Positions 46,224 to 57,995 of a stretch of 64,000 bases of DNA are shown here, piece by piece; positions within the stretch are counted from its first letter, which is position 1; every line of letters begins with the position of its first letter. Source of the DNA: Babesia bigemina (Eukaryota); the NCBI RefSeq assembly GCF_000981445.1, contig NC_027218.1:682001-746000 (forward strand), written 5' to 3'. The translations under genes and the position numbers were made by a program. Under the pieces are notes generated by a model. It saw only the letters and a list, made by a program, of their open reading frames with translations, was not told the origin of the DNA and made no database searches.

Positions 46224-48381
46224 ATGCAAGGCGTTTCAAAACACTTTTATCGCCTCTTGCGCAGGCCGATCATACCGGCTTTGAGCCGAGGTTTTTCGAC
46301 TTCAGGCACCTTTGGAACATCTAGACACGCTAATGCCGGCGTAAAACGTGTGTTAGGTGTATCGGCAGCGGTTGCTGCCGGTGGCATCTCGTATTTGACC
46401 TTACTACATGGTATGTTACACAGTAAAACGGCTCAACGATATCAGGTCACTCACAATGCTCTCAACTGGAAAGGACTCGTCTCGGAGCCATTTCTGACTT
46501 CAAGGAGGGTGAAATGCGCGAGGTGCCAGTTCATGGAGGTATGAAGCATTTCTCAATGTTGACTTGTCTCAGGCCGTGACCTCGTTCTAGTTACCAATGT
46601 CAAAGGAAAATTCTACTGCACTGGCGCCAAATGCCCACATTTCGCTGCATCATTCCTGGATGGTTAGTTGATATACGATGCAGCTGACTGTTGCAGGTGC
46701 CTGCACTGAGGAACACGTGATATGTCCGTGGCACAATGCTAAGTTCGACATTGCCACTGGTGAATGCGTCAACGGTGAGTTGTACCATGAGTGTCCGTAT
46801 CATTCATGAACTAGGACCATGTTTTGATGCTATTCCCAGCTTCAAAGTGGAGGTGGATGGAGACTCTCTCTACGCCTACCTGCCACCGACGCCCATCGCG
46901 GTATGTTTGAGATACCAAATGTGCATCCCGCACAGGACTGCGTCGACAAACCACACAAATGTCAAGATGCTAAAGATAAAAGGGTTTTCGTAATCTGCGG
47001 AGGTGGTGCTGCCGCCCACTCAGCTGCGGAGACCCTGCGCCAGGAGGGTTTCGGCGGGCGTATCCTGATATACGGCGACGAGAAGTACCTGCCGTACTAC
47101 AGGCCGCACCTCACAAAGCGCATTGAGTCCAAGAGTTACGACAAGGTAGCTTCGGAGCAGGCGCTGCGGCCTTTGGCGTGGTACCGAGCAAACCAGGTGG
47201 AGTACTACGGCGGCAAGCGTGTCACGAGTGTCAACCACGAAGACAACACAATCACACTGGATGACGGCTCAACGGTGAAGTACGATAAGGTTTGTCACAT
47301 ACATTTGTGTGTTATATACTTTTTAGGTGCTGGTTGCGACAGGTTCGGTAGCCGCGAAGCTGCCCATGACCCGGGGCATGGCGCCACTGTCTAATCATTT
47401 TACCATAAGGACCGTGGATGATCTTAGAGAGCTAGTCCCTCAGATTAAGAAGGATACTAAGGTTGTAATCGTCGGTGCTAACTTCATAGGCTGCGAAATG
47501 GCATCATCTCTGAAGAGCACAGGTGCCAACATCACAGTGATCACCGACATGGCTGTGCCGATGAGCAACATCATCGGTGAACGCGGAGGTTCGGCGATAA
47601 TGAAGCTGATGCAGAACGGCGGTGTCAACGTTCTCACTAGTCAACAGGTGAAGAGTTATACCATCAAAGGGGGCCGCGTGACAAATGTGGTCACAGCGAA
47701 TGCGACGTTGGATGCCGATGTAGTTATCGAGGGTGTTGGTGCGAGGGTAGAAATGGGGCTGCTTAAGTGTGCCGAGGTCAACAGAGATGGAACAATCAAT
47801 GTGGACAGTTCGTTCAGATGCAAGGGATGCCCGGATAACGTATTTGCTGCTGGTGACATTGTCACATACCCATACCACATCGACGGTAAAGCGCGTTTTA
47901 TCGAATAAATAGATATTTACAGGCTCGCCAATTTCCGTTAAACACTGGAACGTCGCACTGCAACACGGCCGTGTAGCGGCTAAGAATATGCTGGGAGGTG
48001 ACGCCAAGATGAACATGGTCCCTTTCTTCTGGTCCAACTTCTTTCGCAAGGGGTTCAGGTTGGTAACCTATGCAGTGCGGTGACCATTACTTCAGATTCG
48101 CCGGAGTCGCCAACGGAGTGGAGGATATTATTTACGAGGGTGATCTTGAAAAATACAAGTTTGTTGCCTACTACATAAAGGCGTCGAAGGTACGTAAGAA
48201 CTGTACCGCCATCACTGTTGCTCAGGTGGTAGCGATGTTGTCTATGGGCATGGACAATGTCGGCGCCAATATGGCCGAGGCACTAGACAAGGGTTGCGCA
48301 CCTTCTTACGCATCTCTGAAGCTCGGAGCGGAAAACTCGGAAACAATGCTGCAGTGCCTTCGTAAGCGAATGCAGTCATGA
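46224..48381 (+). CDS. Rieske [2Fe-2S] plus FAD/NAD pyridine nucleotide-disulphide oxidoreductase (AIFM3/ferredoxin reductase-like), multi-exon
   Basis: CPH...CPWHNAKFD Rieske motifs, GGGAAA, ATGS, GANFIGCE, FAAGD, VPFFWS; basic N-terminal presequence. Confidence 0.88.
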
Positions 48382-48536
48382 TCGTACCGGAGTCCAATCC
48401 CTTGTGATATGCGATTACATCATATGGACGTAATTTAATATGAAAGTTTGGCACAAGTCACACATGCACGCCCAAACGATGAGATGTTATGATTGCGTGC
48501 CATCTTGCTTGATTATTGTAGCTCAAGTTCCTACGT

Positions 48537-49692
48537 AAGTGAGGGTTCATGTCCTGTTCGTGCTTGTATCTGCATACATAGTTGTATGTTGTCACGTTTG
48601 GCTTGTGATGTTTCGCATACTGACTAATGACTTACGCTTTGCACTCTATGGTATCTGGCTGCAGCCTCTATGTAGTATTTTTGCTGAGCGTTCCCAGTGG
48701 CATACTTCACGTCCGGTTTCAAAGCCCGTTCACAGAGACATAATCTTCTTTGGGCTCCATGTTCCTTATTTCATTCGATACCACCTCTAAAATTGTTTGT
48801 TAGATGAAAACCATTCCATGCATCGCCTTAACCAGCTCCTCATGCTTCCTCCTATTGTTGGCCGCCGTCTCTTGCAAATTATCTTAGTTGGTAATCCCGG
48901 TATCTTCAATGACTACAGTGATATTCTGTCATTACTGCAGCGTTATTCATGACGGCTTGTGGTTTATGGTAATCTCAGGCATCACCTTTTTCGCTGCTCG
49001 CCTTTGCCATCATACTCCGAAGCCTGAAAATTATCTTGCTCATACAACTGCTTGTCATCTCCGTATATATCCTCTGTCATTCTTAGTTGTAGTCGACATT
49101 GCTTCTGTTGACGTCACAATTGAATAAATCAGACATCCAAGTCCCTCATGCCTTACGAGGGATGCATAGAAACCAATACTTCCACTACCGCATTACTTTT
49201 CCAGTTCACACCTGCCGTCATTCACAACATCCGCCGATCATATTCCCTTTCACATATAGGCAGACTTTTCTTCATAACTTGGATGCCCATGAGTGTCGGT
49301 GGGGCTGACATCGAATCTCAGATAGGCTAAGGAGGATTCACTGCGAACATTAACTTCCAAGTTGCATAGGGTTGATGGTTACTTCGCGTGGTTGAATGGA
49401 TTAATGTAGTATGGAGGCATAGTACCGCCCCCCTCGGAGCGGATTTAACTTCTAAGTTGTCTGGATCGGACAAGTTAGGCTTCAGTGAGCGAGGCGTATA
49501 CATGTTCTCCGTGAATCATAGATAAAGCGATCATAAAGTACACGTGTGACTAATGTAGATCGGTGAGGTATAAAAGGTAGCTGCAAAACGTATTTTGATT
49601 ATCGCATTTTGCAGCAAGGTGGGTATGTGCAACATTGAATTGCTGGTGGGTTGTTTGAATTTATGTATACGGCGGTCCATTGCGTCTAAAAT
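48537..49692 (+). promoter_or_regulatory. ~1.1 kb conserved ves 5' module (copy 2)
   Basis: Direct repeat of 3655-4793 at an offset of ~44.9 kb; TATAAAAG at ~49570. Confidence 0.75.
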
Positions 49693-52600
49693 ATGGCGCC
49701 ACATTTCAAGAAGCTCACTGACTGCCCGGAAAACCTCCGGGAATCTATCGATTGGCTGATTCAGATTAGGAATGGTGGAGATAAGACAGGTCTTCAGAAT
49801 TTGGCCAAAGCTTTGGATAAGTTGATTAACAAGGCTATTGAAGATGCTGAAAATAGTCTTAAAGCCGAGGAAGAGAAACTTAAATGCCCTATAATATACG
49901 AGGGTAATCTATCTTATTGCCAAATTAATGAAAAGTCTCTTAAGGAAGCTGAAAAGAAACTCGAGGAACTTAAAGAAAAAAACGATTCTGAAAGTTTATC
50001 TAAGAAAACGCATTTAGAAGATGAAATAAAGCTGTTTACAGGATATAAACAAAAATGTATTGAATATACTCACCCACGATATCCTGATAGCAAGGCCTTG
50101 AAAGACGTTAGGGCCCAGCTGAAGGGGCTTCAGGCACTTTCCAAAACGCTTAATCCATTTTTTAACAAACTTAACAAAACTACGAAAAATGATGGTGATA
50201 GCATTTTGCATAACCTTTTTGATGGTTTAGAAAAGTTTCTAGGTTACTCTTCCACTTCCAAATGCTACGATGGTAATGGAATTGTCTACTCCGACCTTGA
50301 CAGGCTGTGTGATGCAGTGATGTACTTTATCCTCAAATGCCTTGAGTGCAATAAGGATTTGTTAACGCATTATTACCCTAGCATTACTGAAAATATTGAA
50401 GCTTTAAAAAATAACATAGGTAATGGTTTGGGTGTTAAGGGACTTGGTAAGGCAATCCAGAAGATTAAGGAGGGGCTTCAGGGATATGAGCGTGTTTTGA
50501 CAAGCAGAAGTCAGAAGGTTATCAGTGACTTATCAAATTATGCATCTCAAATGCCTGCACGCAATGCCCATTTATGGTCTGTTCAACATAAGGGATTAAG
50601 TCAAATTATTGATCGTTTTAACCTTTATATTAATAATGCCAAGGAGACTATGAGGAGCATTCGAAACAATTCTGAAGGGTTTGCCGGACTTGATGGCGCA
50701 TTAAAAAACAAATTAAGTGCTCCGTTTGAAAAAATCAATGAGGGGATTAACATATTACAGAATAGTCTACAAACTGACGATTTCGTAAAAGCACTTAATG
50801 TTGTTCAAAGAACCTTTGACGTTTTGCCTAGTAAGGTTGAGCGCATCATATCGGAGAATGTTAACGGCACAATATCTGAGCATGAAAATGCCGTGAATAG
50901 ATATAAACAACATGTAAAAAATGACATTGAAAAATCTCGTGACACATTTCTAACGGAACGTCTAAAGGTCGCTATAACGGATTTGAACAATTCGATTAAT
51001 TGTGCACAGTTAAATGCTTTGAATTTGGGAGGTTTGAGAAATGATGTAGTTAAACATGTCGTAGAGGCGATTGAAACGCGCTTTAAAAGTGTTGATGAGG
51101 ATGTGGACGATGAAGATACGTTAAAAGAATTGAAGACAGGTACCGTTGCTATTCAAATTGAGAACATTACAGAAAATCTGAACGAAGAGAAAGCTTTGCT
51201 GGAAGTTACAAGCAAAATAAAAAGTGTACAAGTAGATATTGGCGAGCCAGATGAGATATTTAATAAGGCGCATCAAATCGGTTTGCAAAAGTTGGTTATG
51301 CATGCGCAAACCAATCTACAAGAAGCTCTTAAATGTGCTCAGGAGAATGCCAAGAATATGGGTGGATTAAAGAATGGAAAGGTTGCGGGGGTGATAGATA
51401 ACATTCAAAAGAAGTTTAATGAGGTGGATAATATTAAAACGATAAGAGAACTACAGGAATTGGAAAGCAATTTCATGAAAGGGGAGATTCAGAAGATAAC
51501 AGAAATACTTAATAATGAAAATGCAGCTGGCGTTACATCCACACTTAATAGTTTACAGAAGAACATTGTTGCACCTCAAAAATTATTCGACGATAATTAT
51601 ACAACCATTTTGGCACCTCTGGCTAAACAATCCCAAAAGGAAATGTTGGCTACCGTCGAAAACGCCACGGAATGCATCACGACGCATGGGGTGCTGCATA
51701 AGCAAAAAATAAAGGAGGCTTTAGAAAAAATCGAAAATACGTTACAGGAGATTGAAACGCCAGCTGTAGGCATAGAGAAGTTGTATCAAGTAGTTACAGG
51801 CGTTGAAGAGCAGCTCAACCAGCTAGACAGCAAGATTGGTTCAAGCTTACAAGCAACGGTAAAACCGGCTATTCAGAAATTGAATGATGATTTTATGACT
51901 GTAAAAAACTTGGTAAAACAACGTCGGCCTACAACTAACGCTGAACTGATTTTTCTAATTACGGCGACGAGGACGTACGCTGTTGAGGCTCTTCACCTGG
52001 CTGAGACGTATTCGGTGGATGCCAGTGGGAGTCCAAATACCGACATCAGTGGCGTAGCTAGCACCATTCGACACAAAAATTTAGAGCTGCTTGATGATGC
52101 CTTTTCAAACAAAAGCATCACCGGGTTGCACACTAGAATTAATGGCCACCTTAGCAAACTTAATAAGACTAATGGCTCTTACAAAGGCAGCAAACCTTTT
52201 GCAAGCTTCGAAATAGACGATCTCACAACGAAAATTAGGGAGGCTGAAAAAAGCCTGATCCGTTCCTTGGTTGGGTCGGCGAAGCCCAGGATCGACCACT
52301 ATTTTACTACTGCCACGAATCTAACGGGGCAACTTGATGACCATGATACGACAGGACTCAAGCGTACACTGGGGGAGCTGAAGGGAAGTATGGACGATCC
52401 TGATAAGATCACAGATATAAATGAGTTTTCCTCGTTGGTTAAAAAAGTTGGAACCCAATTTCAAAAGCTCAGAACTCAGCATAGTTCACCTTCCAATTCC
52501 ACATTTAAAAGTCTGTTCCATGTAATTCTAGAGATTGAGAAGCCTGCGTGGAAAGCGATCATCCAAATCGAAAGCACAGTTTTCCAAACGGCAATCAACA

Positions 52601-55600
52601 TAGCCAGGGCTGCGGTTAGCGCTGCGGTTGAGAAGGCTAAGAAGGATATTAAAGCAGCTGAGGATGAGTATCAGATAGCCGTGGGTAAGATACGTGCGCG
52701 TATAGAAACAGCGGTTGAACGGCTGCAAGAACAAGCAGCACAGGATCAATTTAGGCAAGTCACCTCTGGCATTTCTCCATTATTCGAAGAAATCGCCGAA
52801 ACCGTAACCAGTAAATCAATCTACTTAGAAGACATGGGAGAACGCAAAAAATACTTTGCTGCACTCAAAGCGTTAATCGATCATACAGTGACAACTCTCG
52901 AAGCGACTTACCAGAAGGCATATCAGAGTGCGGCAAAGTCCTACCTCAGCGGAGCGATTGGTATGATTAAAACGGCCGTGGATGAAGCAGAAGAAAAATA
53001 TGTGAGGGCCGTAGAGACACGTATTCTTCAAATTCAATCAAAACTGAATGGTGTACGAGAAGGGGCATTCAAGAGTGCTGAAAAAAGAGGAAAACTGGAA
53101 ACTGCATTCAATGAAGACTTCGTAGCGTTGGAATTAGAGGTTAACAAAAATTCCGCTTTCACGGATGATTTCAGCAAACGTAGAGATTGTTTTATTAAAG
53201 TGAAAGAAATAATAACCAACACTGTAAAATCGTTGTCCACCGCCTACAAGGAGGCTTACAAAAGCTCGGCCAAAACATATCTTACTAAAGCTATTATTGA
53301 GATCGAATCGAAGGTTTCAGATGCGGAGAAGAAGTATACCGATGCGTCGGCAATTGCAGTTCAGGCGATTACAAGTGCGATAAATGGGCTTGGTGTTGAG
53401 AACTTTAAAGTTAATGAGCAGAGGGAGAGATTAACAGATATATTCACCGAACATTTCAAAAATTTGCAAAAAGCCGTAGAGAGCAAATCTGCGTTCAAAC
53501 AAGATTTTAATTCTCGGACTGAATGTTTTGAAAACCTCAAATCTCTCATGAATAGAACTATCGAAACCCTCGTTAAAGCTGCGAATACGTTTGACGCATG
53601 TGCCACTATGGCAACAGAATATCTTAACAAGTCTTTTAATGATGCTGACACTAGAATCAAAGCACTAGGGTCTATAATTAAAATGCGAGTTAAGAAAGCG
53701 TTCGACCAAATTATTTCTGAGGTGTATGAGATGTATGCTGCGGAGAAGAGGGCGCAATTAGAGGCTTTGAAGACGTGTATCACGGAGCAGTTGCGAACTA
53801 TAAGTAAGATTTTAGAGGAGGATAGAAGGATGGGGGTGAAGGGCCTTTTAAAAACACTGAGCGGTGACAACCCTAATTCTCTGGACCCTCGTAATAGGCT
53901 TCAAAACGTTGAAGATAAAACATCTGTGAAATTGTTAGCTCCTTTAATTATGTCATATTTGGATTCTATTCTAATCTACATTTGGAATGATATCGAAACC
54001 TCAACCGATTCCCACTTTTCCGATGGACATTTCTACAAATCTAAAATTGAGGAAATCAAAACCGCGCTAAACGAGGTGTTTAACCACCTCATTGATACGA
54101 AAGACAAAATATATAACTACGATTATGTTTTCGTTAATTTGCTTGAAAAACTTAATAACGTTCTGGATGATTTGTCTCCTCAGGAATTTGGTGCCATGGC
54201 ATATCCGGTCTTGGACGCTCTTAGAAAAGGAATGGCTGGCTTCACCGAGCAACTTAACTATGCGTATATTAACAAATATGAGGGGTCCAAAGCCATTGAG
54301 TGGTACGTTGATGGCCAAAAGCAGAAACCAAGCCAAGATGCCACGCGATGCGCTAAGATTTTCCTAACACTCATACCGGAATGGGACAAACATTTACCTT
54401 ATCTGAAGCGGGAATGTATTCGCGGTTGGAATAAAACACAAATCAATACTCAAAAAGGTAATAAGCTCGGCTTATGGTTCGAGCGTCGTGGTTACCGTGT
54501 CTCTACTTCCGATGAAACCCAGGATGGTGAGTTAAGAAATAATGCTGGCTGCCAAGGTACAAACATCAATACGTGTATGGCCACACTCATCCCTAAAGTC
54601 AACTTTGGCAACCTTCTGTACAACCTTTATCAGTACTACCGTGTCTGTCAGTCGAAATTCAGTGACCAAGCCAAGCCTCCGACCACAATCTGTCAGATGC
54701 TGCACTGGTTCTGTGGCCTGGAGTATACTCCTATGTACGAAAACGTGAAAAGTTACCTTCAGGAGTGGTTTAATGATTTCAAAAAAGAGCATGAGATCGA
54801 GAAAGCATTACCGGCCACCATGCCAAAAAGAACAGGTCACGAGGTCTTCACAGACTTCAATCTCGGTAATCTACTTGGGTCTTACCAAAATGTCACCATA
54901 CGTGCATCTGAGGTATTGCTTACCATCCTTGGATACGGAGACGCAGACGGGCGGTACGCCTGTGAGTTCTACACCAACCCATACAATCTATATTACCCTA
55001 CTGACAAAAGCAAATGCTTTGATATGCTGGTCGACATTTGCTTGAGACTAAACCACCAATTGCGTTTCCTGTATATGCAGTGTCACAACGGCCCACGTAG
55101 CAGCGGTTGGGCCGATTGCCGATATGGTAAGAACATAGCAGGGTCGGCGTGGAACTGCAACAGGCTGCAATGCGTAGAGAATGGCTGCAACCAAAACTGC
55201 AAATGGCATAATGACTGCGGCGTCAAGTCACCGTTGCAATCGTTCCTAGAAGATGGTCTGAAAGGATTTCTGCCGCATCAGTTCAACTCACCCAGTTGCA
55301 AGCTAGATTGTTCGGTAAAGAACCACAACGGCATCCCGTGTAAGACGCCGATGGGCTTTGCTGACATAAGTATAACGGCCTCGTGGACCAAGACTGGACG
55401 CGATATTAAGAAGGTGCTTGACCCGTTCTGCGGCACACTACCGGATTCACTGAGCCTGCTTTGTGCCTACTTCCTATGCCTGCTGCGCCGACCGCCTCAG
55501 ACCCTGTGCGACATGTTCGCGTTTTATGAGAACTTTTTTGAACACTGGAAAGGCCATTATGATAGTGTGCACAAGGGGCATGTCAAGAAGCATAAGCACG

Positions 55601-56448
55601 ATGCATTTTATGCTGCCGTTGCGAGTGCTAATTTCGGAGTTGAATACGACGGGTTGGACCCTACCACTATGTTTGGCAGCAGCAGTCATTCTAGCGCTGC
55701 TACCACTCACCTCGAAGGCGACCTGTTTGCTATTGTTAACTGCAAACCAAATGAGAACCCAGTCCACCCCTGCGGGTCATACTTGCAGCCACTATCATAC
55801 GAGGTGCGTTGCGTATTCACCGAGAAACTCGCTGCCGATTACCTTTCTTGGATTGTCTACATAACTGAAACGTTTTACAATCTGCTCAATGACCTGTATA
55901 ACAAATGCACTAAATGTTGTATCCAGCAACAAGCAGACTGCTGTGGCAGAATATGTGCCAAGGGTTGTACAGTGGACTCAACAGCTGAACCAGCTGAAAG
56001 TAAAAAGCTCACACATAAAACGCATGGAGAATTGTGCAACTCCATACTCCAATGCGCCGGTATCCATCCCACAATATTTGCGGCAGGTTTCACTTTTGGT
56101 AGCCCGTGGAACCTAAGTGGCGATAACGGCGTCGAAAAGAAACGGTCATGTAAAGATTTTTGTACCGCGTTGGGAATGGTTGTACGAGAAAACAACGTTC
56201 TCTACATGCTTGTTCACGAGAAAATTCCGGCATTCCTGTGGGAGATAAGATATAAATTCTTCTACACCCTCGTGGCTCTCTGGGCCTACTCCCTCCTTTA
56301 CCTCTTGTATGTCATCATCGGCCGCCTCGACACTTTCCACATCCGCTCACACCTGAGACTGCCATCATCGCACAAGATATCCGCGCAATCTCTCCTAGCT
56401 ACTGCACGTCTCAACGACCTTGCCAAGCTCGCTTACCTGCGGACGTGA
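49693..56448 (+). CDS. VESA/ves-like protein C, 2251 aa, close paralog of protein A
   Basis: Same N-terminal, YSDLDRLCD, Cys-rich and TM/tail motifs; C-terminal ~580 aa nearly identical to protein A. Confidence 0.92.
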   Translation: MAPHFKKLTDCPENLRESIDWLIQIRNGGDKTGLQNLAKALDKLINKAIEDAENSLKAEEEKLKCPIIYEGNLSYCQINEKSLKEAEKKLEELKEKNDSESLSKKTHLEDEIKLFTGYKQKCIEYTHPRYPDSKALKDVRAQLKGLQALSKTLNPFFNKLNKTTKNDGDSILHNLFDGLEKFLGYSSTSKCYDGNGIVYSDLDRLCDAVMYFILKCLECNKDLLTHYYPSITENIEALKNNIGNGLGVKGLGKAIQKIKEGLQGYERVLTSRSQKVISDLSNYASQMPARNAHLWSVQHKGLSQIIDRFNLYINNAKETMRSIRNNSEGFAGLDGALKNKLSAPFEKINEGINILQNSLQTDDFVKALNVVQRTFDVLPSKVERIISENVNGTISEHENAVNRYKQHVKNDIEKSRDTFLTERLKVAITDLNNSINCAQLNALNLGGLRNDVVKHVVEAIETRFKSVDEDVDDEDTLKELKTGTVAIQIENITENLNEEKALLEVTSKIKSVQVDIGEPDEIFNKAHQIGLQKLVMHAQTNLQEALKCAQENAKNMGGLKNGKVAGVIDNIQKKFNEVDNIKTIRELQELESNFMKGEIQKITEILNNENAAGVTSTLNSLQKNIVAPQKLFDDNYTTILAPLAKQSQKEMLATVENATECITTHGVLHKQKIKEALEKIENTLQEIETPAVGIEKLYQVVTGVEEQLNQLDSKIGSSLQATVKPAIQKLNDDFMTVKNLVKQRRPTTNAELIFLITATRTYAVEALHLAETYSVDASGSPNTDISGVASTIRHKNLELLDDAFSNKSITGLHTRINGHLSKLNKTNGSYKGSKPFASFEIDDLTTKIREAEKSLIRSLVGSAKPRIDHYFTTATNLTGQLDDHDTTGLKRTLGELKGSMDDPDKITDINEFSSLVKKVGTQFQKLRTQHSSPSNSTFKSLFHVILEIEKPAWKAIIQIESTVFQTAINIARAAVSAAVEKAKKDIKAAEDEYQIAVGKIRARIETAVERLQEQAAQDQFRQVTSGISPLFEEIAETVTSKSIYLEDMGERKKYFAALKALIDHTVTTLEATYQKAYQSAAKSYLSGAIGMIKTAVDEAEEKYVRAVETRILQIQSKLNGVREGAFKSAEKRGKLETAFNEDFVALELEVNKNSAFTDDFSKRRDCFIKVKEIITNTVKSLSTAYKEAYKSSAKTYLTKAIIEIESKVSDAEKKYTDASAIAVQAITSAINGLGVENFKVNEQRERLTDIFTEHFKNLQKAVESKSAFKQDFNSRTECFENLKSLMNRTIETLVKAANTFDACATMATEYLNKSFNDADTRIKALGSIIKMRVKKAFDQIISEVYEMYAAEKRAQLEALKTCITEQLRTISKILEEDRRMGVKGLLKTLSGDNPNSLDPRNRLQNVEDKTSVKLLAPLIMSYLDSILIYIWNDIETSTDSHFSDGHFYKSKIEEIKTALNEVFNHLIDTKDKIYNYDYVFVNLLEKLNNVLDDLSPQEFGAMAYPVLDALRKGMAGFTEQLNYAYINKYEGSKAIEWYVDGQKQKPSQDATRCAKIFLTLIPEWDKHLPYLKRECIRGWNKTQINTQKGNKLGLWFERRGYRVSTSDETQDGELRNNAGCQGTNINTCMATLIPKVNFGNLLYNLYQYYRVCQSKFSDQAKPPTTICQMLHWFCGLEYTPMYENVKSYLQEWFNDFKKEHEIEKALPATMPKRTGHEVFTDFNLGNLLGSYQNVTIRASEVLLTILGYGDADGRYACEFYTNPYNLYYPTDKSKCFDMLVDICLRLNHQLRFLYMQCHNGPRSSGWADCRYGKNIAGSAWNCNRLQCVENGCNQNCKWHNDCGVKSPLQSFLEDGLKGFLPHQFNSPSCKLDCSVKNHNGIPCKTPMGFADISITASWTKTGRDIKKVLDPFCGTLPDSLSLLCAYFLCLLRRPPQTLCDMFAFYENFFEHWKGHYDSVHKGHVKKHKHDAFYAAVASANFGVEYDGLDPTTMFGSSSHSSAATTHLEGDLFAIVNCKPNENPVHPCGSYLQPLSYEVRCVFTEKLAADYLSWIVYITETFYNLLNDLYNKCTKCCIQQQADCCGRICAKGCTVDSTAEPAESKKLTHKTHGELCNSILQCAGIHPTIFAAGFTFGSPWNLSGDNGVEKKRSCKDFCTALGMVVRENNVLYMLVHEKIPAFLWEIRYKFFYTLVALWAYSLLYLLYVIIGRLDTFHIRSHLRLPSSHKISAQSLLATARLNDLAKLAYLRT

Positions 56449-57176
56449 TGCAATTACTGATGACCGTTAAAATACTCACCACCTTCACTCCACTGCTAGC
56501 TCACCCAGCCCACCAATCATCAACTCAACACATAATGTAGTAGACGTCATAGGCTAGTTCTGTGGTAAATTCCTGACGATTACTATTGCGTTATCTGACG
56601 GTAGCAATGCGGTGCATCGTTTGGATGAGCGTTTGGCCATACATCTCAGCAACTGAAGAGTGCTGTCATGGATATTATAGTGATTATAATCATGTCATGT
56701 AGATGAATGATGTGCTGTTTATTGGATAGATGACAAGGAGATATGTGGAGGCATGACAGTGAAGTTAACCGATGTGATGGGTACTGGAAAACGCGGTAAC
56801 GGTGATTTATTCGCAACCTTGTAATAACCATCGGGGTTTTGAACTAGCAGGTAATAACGGATACACGGTCATTAAAAAGTCATTAGCTTGACATTGTTCT
56901 GTGTAATGTTGGAGTAGACAGGTCGTGGATCTTATATTAGTTGTGCTAATACCATCATGCTGAAAACACCTTATGAGTGCGCGCGATGGCTGTGTATCAT
57001 ACCCGTATTGCAGAATCGCTGTACTTTGGAGTTCGGTTGCCCCAGAACAAGGTGAGCAGCATGCTTGACGTCTGGATCTGTATAGTGTATGTTGCACTGC
57101 ATTAGGAGTTCTAAGTGCTTGAGGTGCGTTGTTCATTGAATTGTAGCGGTGTTTAGAAATTGAGATTTCGTTGAAG

Positions 57177-57356
57177 ATGTCTGATGAAGATGACTGGAAG
57201 GCCGGTATAGGCGCCGCTGTTGGCGGTATTATTGGTTTCTCGGCCCTCCTTGTCTTGGTCCTTTACATCATGGGTAAAATATACAACATAAGCCTCGGAG
57301 AGATATTCGGCCAAATACGTGATGGATTCCGTGATTCCAAGCCTAAACTCCAATAA
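57177..57356 (+). CDS. ves-linked single-TM microprotein, 59 aa
   Basis: AAGATG start, Gly-rich TM helix, then LGEIFGQIRDGFRDSKPKL. Same position and post-TM pattern as 12300-12497. Confidence 0.62.
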   Translation: MSDEDDWKAGIGAAVGGIIGFSALLVLVLYIMGKIYNISLGEIFGQIRDGFRDSKPKLQ

Positions 57357-57995
57357 CCTCATAGTATCACCCAGTCCACATAGCCTTAGTCTAGCCATGT
57401 CACATCCGATGTCAATGTATTTATGTTATCTAAAACGAACACTAGCATTTGTATGTATTTTTACTTATTGGAAGATGCCCAGTCAATACAATCGGCGGCT
57501 GGTATCTAAGTTTCGTCGATAGGCAGATCACAGGACGTTACGTTCTTCCACACAACAAAGTACTCTTACATCACAGCCTATCACATAACAAGACATTAAC
57601 TGCTGTATGTTACAATTACTCATGAATGTCACGCTGCCAACAAAAAAAGGAGTATAGTGGAGGTAGATGCCTGATTTTAATGAGCCAAGTTTTGACATTG
57701 ATGGGATGGAACACCCCCAAAGTTGCGAACTAAAAGTGGATGTAGAACGTGTAGAAGTGTCCGAGGAAGATTCACAAATGGTTGCAATTGTTAATCTTGC
57801 TCAATGTGACAATGCGCATATGATGCCGTCTAGACATAATTCGTGAACGTCTGGCTGGGCACTCGCCGAAGCGCAATCACGAATCATTTAAAAACACGAC
57901 ATTAAATAAACATTGTGCCGCACATGTCCGAAACTATTAGCTTAGTGCGATAATACCAAGTGTTGGACCTAATTATAAAATGCGATACAAAACGT

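Noticed and set aside
48982..49080. 32-aa antisense ORF (MTEDIYGDDKQLYEQ...) in the ves 5' module
   Set aside because: The copy near 4080-4185 has ATA instead of ATG and an internal stop; at most a relic.
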